A stretch of 64,000 nt of DNA. Source: Eledone cirrhosa (Eukaryota). The notes below the pieces were generated by a model. It was not told where the DNA came from. It made no database searches and saw nothing but the letters and a program-made list of their open reading frames with translations. Made by a program: the position numbers and the translations under genes. The DNA lies in assembly GCA_964016885.1 (NCBI GenBank), contig OZ024750.1, positions 13,764,001 through 13,828,000 of the forward strand, in the 5' to 3' direction. Shown here one piece after another: positions 58,830 through 64,000 of this stretch (the stretch's first letter is position 1; each line of letters begins with the position of its first letter).

Positions 58830-60910
58830 CAGAACAAAATTTATTTTGCATGAAATTATGATCCGCTCTTCGTTCCATGTGGTAGCTTAACATTGTGGTC
58901 ATATATGTTGGCCTTGCCAGTCAGTAGAGCTGATTTCTTCACATATAGCTAACTTAAAGCTTACAATGGTAAATCTGTAAAACCATGTTCAATATCTGCT
59001 TCAATGATCTACTTGTTACACTCCCGTTCATAATAGAAACACTTAATGCGAAAATTGTATCTAGTTCTTGAGTGGATGATTAAATAAACATCTATAAATA
59101 GATCTTGAAAGAGTTAGACCCTATGTCTCTATACAATGGTTCAGTTCAGAAACTATAAGAATGACATTATTTTATTTTCTTAGAATATAAAGAGTTTTCT
59201 TCATTACAAGAATATCTTTTATTGTTTTGATTTGTCTTTTGTTTATATATTTTTTTAATGAAATAAACAGAAATATATGAGAGAGAGGGTGGAAGAAGCA
59301 TTAGATTCTTTAGGCAGAGATTCTTAGGTGTATCTTAATAATTCTGTCTTTGTGCTAAGATAGAGAAAGCATCATGATGTACTGTCATCTAAACTGCTCA
59401 GATGATGATGATGATATAACCTTGATTCCAGAATTATCAACAACAATGGAATATATCGGTGCAAAAGTATTTACACAGTAGAATGTGTCCAACCCATGCC
59501 TACGTGGAAAAATAGACATAAAAACGATGATGATAAATGTCTGACGACTGCAATGAGATCTAACAAATCTTATGTGTGTGTGTATATATATATATAGTTA
59601 TATGTAGCATTTGCACTGACCACCAACAAAATATTACCCCACCACACACACATACTACCAACTCACATTTATTTGTTTACATATGGATGCCTGTTGACAT
59701 CTGAACGCTGTGATTCAGCTATCTATCTAATTTAAGATGGTAAGAGTTGTCATGGTCTCTTGGTTTAATAGTTAAAAGAGCATAGCCAGTATTTGGGAGA
59801 TATGGGGTTTGATTTCTCAGTGGCCAATGGCAACTTATTTTTCCATCTTTTAAGGATCTTCACCCTATTTTATAGCATCTCTGCACATGAGCACATCATT
59901 CTTTATATCACCCTTATCTTTTCAGTGTTTTGTAAGAGTCTGAGAATCAGCTATGTATATAGTGTTAACAATTTTAACACGAAAGTGACATGCTGAGGGA
60001 GTTCAAATTATAGCACAACCTATTACGCCTTCATACCAAATACGTATTTCTTACTAGTAATGAAACTCATTGTGGTTACCATGCCTGTGAATGAAAAGCA
60101 AACACTTGACAATTAAATAGAAAAATAATGAGATTTCACAATAGATCACAGTTTCACAAAGATTGCACAAGTGTACAACATGCTAAAACTCATAAAAATT
60201 CTCTAAATATGGTTCATTTAACTAATTATCTTCACCACTGCTTCCTTTGTCTATGACCAGATCTGTTGTTCAGACAACATACTCCACACCCACCTCGATT
60301 AGTTAAGGGAGACCTAAGTGTAGCATGTGAATTTTTCACAAAGAATTGTTTATAAACAAAACATACAGATCATATTTGTAAATGCTCACCTCAAGCTTTG
60401 CACTGATTGGCACAGAAATGAGGATTTGAACTAGGACAAATTTCAAACTGATGTAAATGAAATCTGTGCAAATCAAAGAAGCAGAAACTCTGGGCTGCCT
60501 GTATTGTAATTTTAATATAATTGCTTTTGTTGCATTTAAAATGGCATTTATTGAGTAATTATTACTGAAAGTTGTATAGAAGTCTGAACTAAATTGAAAG
60601 TGTTTCACCCAATTATTTACTATATATTCTCAATGTGCTAAAATGGTTTTCTTTGAGCTAAGAGGCTAAATTGTCAATACTAATTTTTTGGGGGGAGCAG
60701 TTAAAACTATTGATGTACAATTATATTTACTTTTTGTAACTTAACTCTGCTGACATGATATTATAACTATATTTATGTGACGACTTTACAACAACATAAT
60801 TTTTAGTTCAATCCTGTTGTGTGGCTTCTTCTGCAACTGTTTTCTACTATAAAATCAGGTTGACAAATGCCTTGTGACTGAAGTTTGGGAGACAGAAACT
60901 GTGCGGAAGC

Positions 60911-60966
<56 letters not shown>

Positions 60967-61033
60967 CATTTGTGTCTGTGTTTATGTTTACCATAACTAA
61001 GTAGTAGTACAAAAAGAGATCAATAAAATAAGT

Positions 61034-61069
<36 letters not shown>

Positions 61070-61082
61070 GAGAGAGAGAGAG

Positions 61083-61276
61083 AGAGGTAAGCTGAACAAT
61101 TCATAGACTAACTATGAAGGAATGACGCTAGAGCTGTGAAATGATGCACACAATTTCAATTCTTCTTATTAATAAATACATTGTTTCTTTCCAGGAACTA
61201 TGTTGAAAAATAAACCTCATTTGGTCATTCCATGAGAACATCTTGGTCAGCCTACAAACTTTTTAGCTGACCCTCA
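61083..61276 (+). mobile_element. Mariner-type MITE monomer
   Basis: Homologous to 43212-43575. Confidence 0.7.
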
Positions 61277-61620
61277 CACACACGTATCTAATATATAGGC
61301 ATGAAAACACCAGAAAATACGAATTTACTTGTTAATTTAAAAAAAATGATAAACATCGTTAATTGATTTTCGGATCTAATTAGACCCTCATTGGAAGACA
61401 TGTATATATCATCCAACCAACCACAAGGAAACCTGTATTTGATAGGTATATATACCCATTCAGTCTTAGTATTCTGAAATGGACTAATTTGCGTATAATT
61501 AGTGCATGTGTTGGTAATTAAGATATATAGTAAGTATGGTAGCAGCCTAAGTGTATGATAAAGCCATATCCATATAAATACAGAGCGTGTAACCAAAACT
61601 GCACCAACATATATGTGTGT

Positions 61621-61672
<52 letters not shown>

Positions 61673-61674
61673 TA

Positions 61675-61992
61675 ATAATTGTTTCTACTTTAGGCACAAG
61701 GCCAGCAATTACCCAGTGCATTACTGGTACTTTATTTTATCGACCCCGTAAGGATGAAAGGCAAAGTCAACCTCGGCGGGATTTGAACTCAGATCGTAAA
61801 GGGACGTAACTATGCTGGAAAGCATGGCGTCCGACCCTCTACCGATACTGCCAATCCACCGCCCTATATATATACATATAATAATAATGTTTCTACTTTT
61901 GGCATAAGGCCAGATATTACCCCAGTGTATTACTGGTACCTTATTTTATCGACCCCGTAAGGATGAAATGCAAAGTTAACCTGGTGGGATTA
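61675..61992 (-). mobile_element. Full-length young SINE (61675-61864) plus a tandem partial copy (61884-61992)
   Basis: Complete head ggcggtggattggcag, CpGs retained. Confidence 0.88.
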
Positions 61993-62008
61993 GAATAATA
62001 ATAATAGA

Positions 62009-62237
62009 AAGGACGATTTATTATGTCTTCATTACATTTATAGAGTAGTGATGCGCATTTCACTATTGATCAGCTCAAGGTTCAATCTGTATTTATCTAG
62101 CCAGAAACATTAAATTCAAAAGACCACCACGCAATTCTGATAAGGCTAGATCAATACAGATCGAACCTTGAGCTGATCAATAGTGAAACATGCGTCACTA
62201 CTCAATAAACGTAATGAAGGCATAACAAATCGTCCTT
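62009..62237. repeat. Foldback palindrome with ~94-bp arms and a ~41-bp loop
   Basis: Arms 62009-62102 and 62144-62237 are near reverse complements; flanked by (aat)n and (att)n. Confidence 0.9.
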
Positions 62238-62725
62238 ATTATTATTATTACACTCTGCTTAGTACTATACCTCTATACTTACAGGAAACTACACAGCGAC
62301 TGCTCACTCTGGTGAACCTACAGTAACTGCACACACACACACACATTACAATCCCTATACACACACATTTAATATGTAGGCATATAAACATGCCAGAAGC
62401 GAGTTAGTATAGTATTAATTTTCCCCTCCCCTCCCTTTTTTCTATCTTTTGTTCGATAATTTTTGAACACATACACACATCTGATTCTAGATATTAACAT
62501 GATATAAATACACAACAAGATCTTACTCTAAATAGAAACTGCATATTTATAGAAATAATTATGAAAAAGCAAATGATGATAATGTATTCTGCTTATGATC
62601 AAATTATTCTTCAGTGAAACTCTCACAATACAGACCAGATAATAGTTCTTTTGAGCTTTACAACTATCTGCAACAATACCAGACAGTGAAAGAAACAAGA
62701 TAATAGAGTTTTCAGGATTAATTCC

Positions 62726-62941
62726 TTAACCCTTTTGTAACCAGTCTGGCCAAAACCGGCTCTGGTTCTATGAAATAAAACCACCCATTTTATATTAAAA
62801 CTTCCAACATAATTTTATACAAGAACATTAAGTAATCTTAATAATGAAATAATTAATAATTTTAATAAACCACACAAAATTCTTCATCAATTAATTGAAT
62901 AAGCATGTATTTCATTAGAAATGTGGTCATGAAAAGGTTAA
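62726..62941. mobile_element. TTAA-flanked MITE family B
   Basis: TTAACCCTTTTGTAACC...GAAAAGGTTAA. Confidence 0.75.
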
Positions 62942-63000
62942 AGGAAGACAACTGTAATGTAAAACTTACTAATTAGATTTGATACATGAATATATGAATG

Positions 63001-63290
63001 TGTGTGGCTTAGTGGTTAGGGTCTTCAGCTCACAATTGTAAGATTATGAGTTTGATTTCTGAACCAGGTGGCAAGTTGAGTCCTTGAACAAGATGTTTTA
63101 TTTCACATTGCTAGCAAAATGAGTTGTACATGTAATTTGAAGAGCTAACTTTGTTTCCCTCATGCTGAATCTCCCTGAGAACTATATTAGGGGTGCATAT
63201 GTCTGTGAAATTCTCAGCTACTGACAAGTTAATGTCACAAGCAGTTTCATTGATTGAATAAACCAGAGCAACTCATTATCAGAAACAATT
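63001..63290 (+). mobile_element. CORE-type tRNA-derived SINE
   Basis: Head matches 30520-30657; tail matches 26030-26165 and 46960-47160. Confidence 0.7.
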
Positions 63291-64000
63291 GGGGTTCAAG
63301 AACGACGACAAATATATTTAAACACATTTCCGTTTTTATTCACTATAGCTAAAAATACTTAGAGAACAAAAGCTTAATAGCCATTGTAATATAAATAAAT
63401 CTAGAGATGCAAGTAATGGATTTCATCAGATATTGACTGAAAATCACAGGTACTTCAACTAAAAATAGAAATTATAAAAAGCCCAGCCTCTAACCATAAT
63501 ATAAAATCTATGATAAAGAATACAGTAACTTGATTGGTTTAGTTTAGTTTGGTTGTTTTCGTTGTGTAGCCTCAGGTCAAGAACAAGGCACAGCACAGAT
63601 TCATTTTCCTTGTTACACCACATCTCCATTTAGGCAAGGGCTTGCATTGATGAATCTTATGGGATGTAGTATAAGAACCTGTTTACAGTGTACTATCTCC
63701 ACTATACAATCCATTTCTGTATGACCATAAATTCCTATGGTGGTCAAATTGCAGCAAATACTGTTCAGGTGGCAGTGCTTGGGGCTAGTGAGACAGTTGA
63801 TGTTGAGGGTATTATTTCTGGGTGTATTTGGTCCTTGTACATGTCTTAAATTAGAGATAATATTTGGGGCCAGTAAGGTAGTTAATGCTGCAACTGTTAT
63901 TACTGTGGTCCTTATAAATGGCTTGAGTTAATGAGATAGTATTTGTAGGATAATGTAGTAGTACTCTGGGGTGTTGTATATGTGTGTAGGTGTTTCAAGT

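Noticed and set aside
48790-64000. REPS1 first coding exon and promoter
   Set aside because: I could not find a minus-strand exon encoding the expected ~50-aa N-terminus; it is presumed to lie outside the window

Overview
Eukaryotic, AT-rich, intron-rich genomic DNA. The SINE, MITE and RTE repertoire suggests an octopod cephalopod (inference, not a database result). Two convergent protein-coding genes were reconstructed by hand, each with GT-AG boundaries and consistent codon phases. (1) A complete TCP11-family gene on the + strand: 9 coding exons, 402..8159, 517 aa. (2) A REPS1/REPS2 (RalBP1-associated Eps-domain) gene on the - strand: 19 core coding exons in the window, 48789..11388, 889 aa; the first coding exon was not found and probably lies beyond 64000. 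Introns contain tRNA-derived SINEs, TTAA-flanked piggyBac-type MITEs, Tc1/mariner-type MITEs, RTE and HERO-like LINE fragments, minisatellites and several long foldback palindromes. I found no prokaryote-type system, CRISPR array or intact transposase. The most notable unannotated signals are frame-preserving candidate cassette/microexons in REPS1 (78 nt with a downstream UGCAUG, and two of 24 nt), two candidate alternative last exons that would remove the RalBP1-binding coiled coil, and many potential intronic dsRNA structures. Repeat coordinates are approximate.
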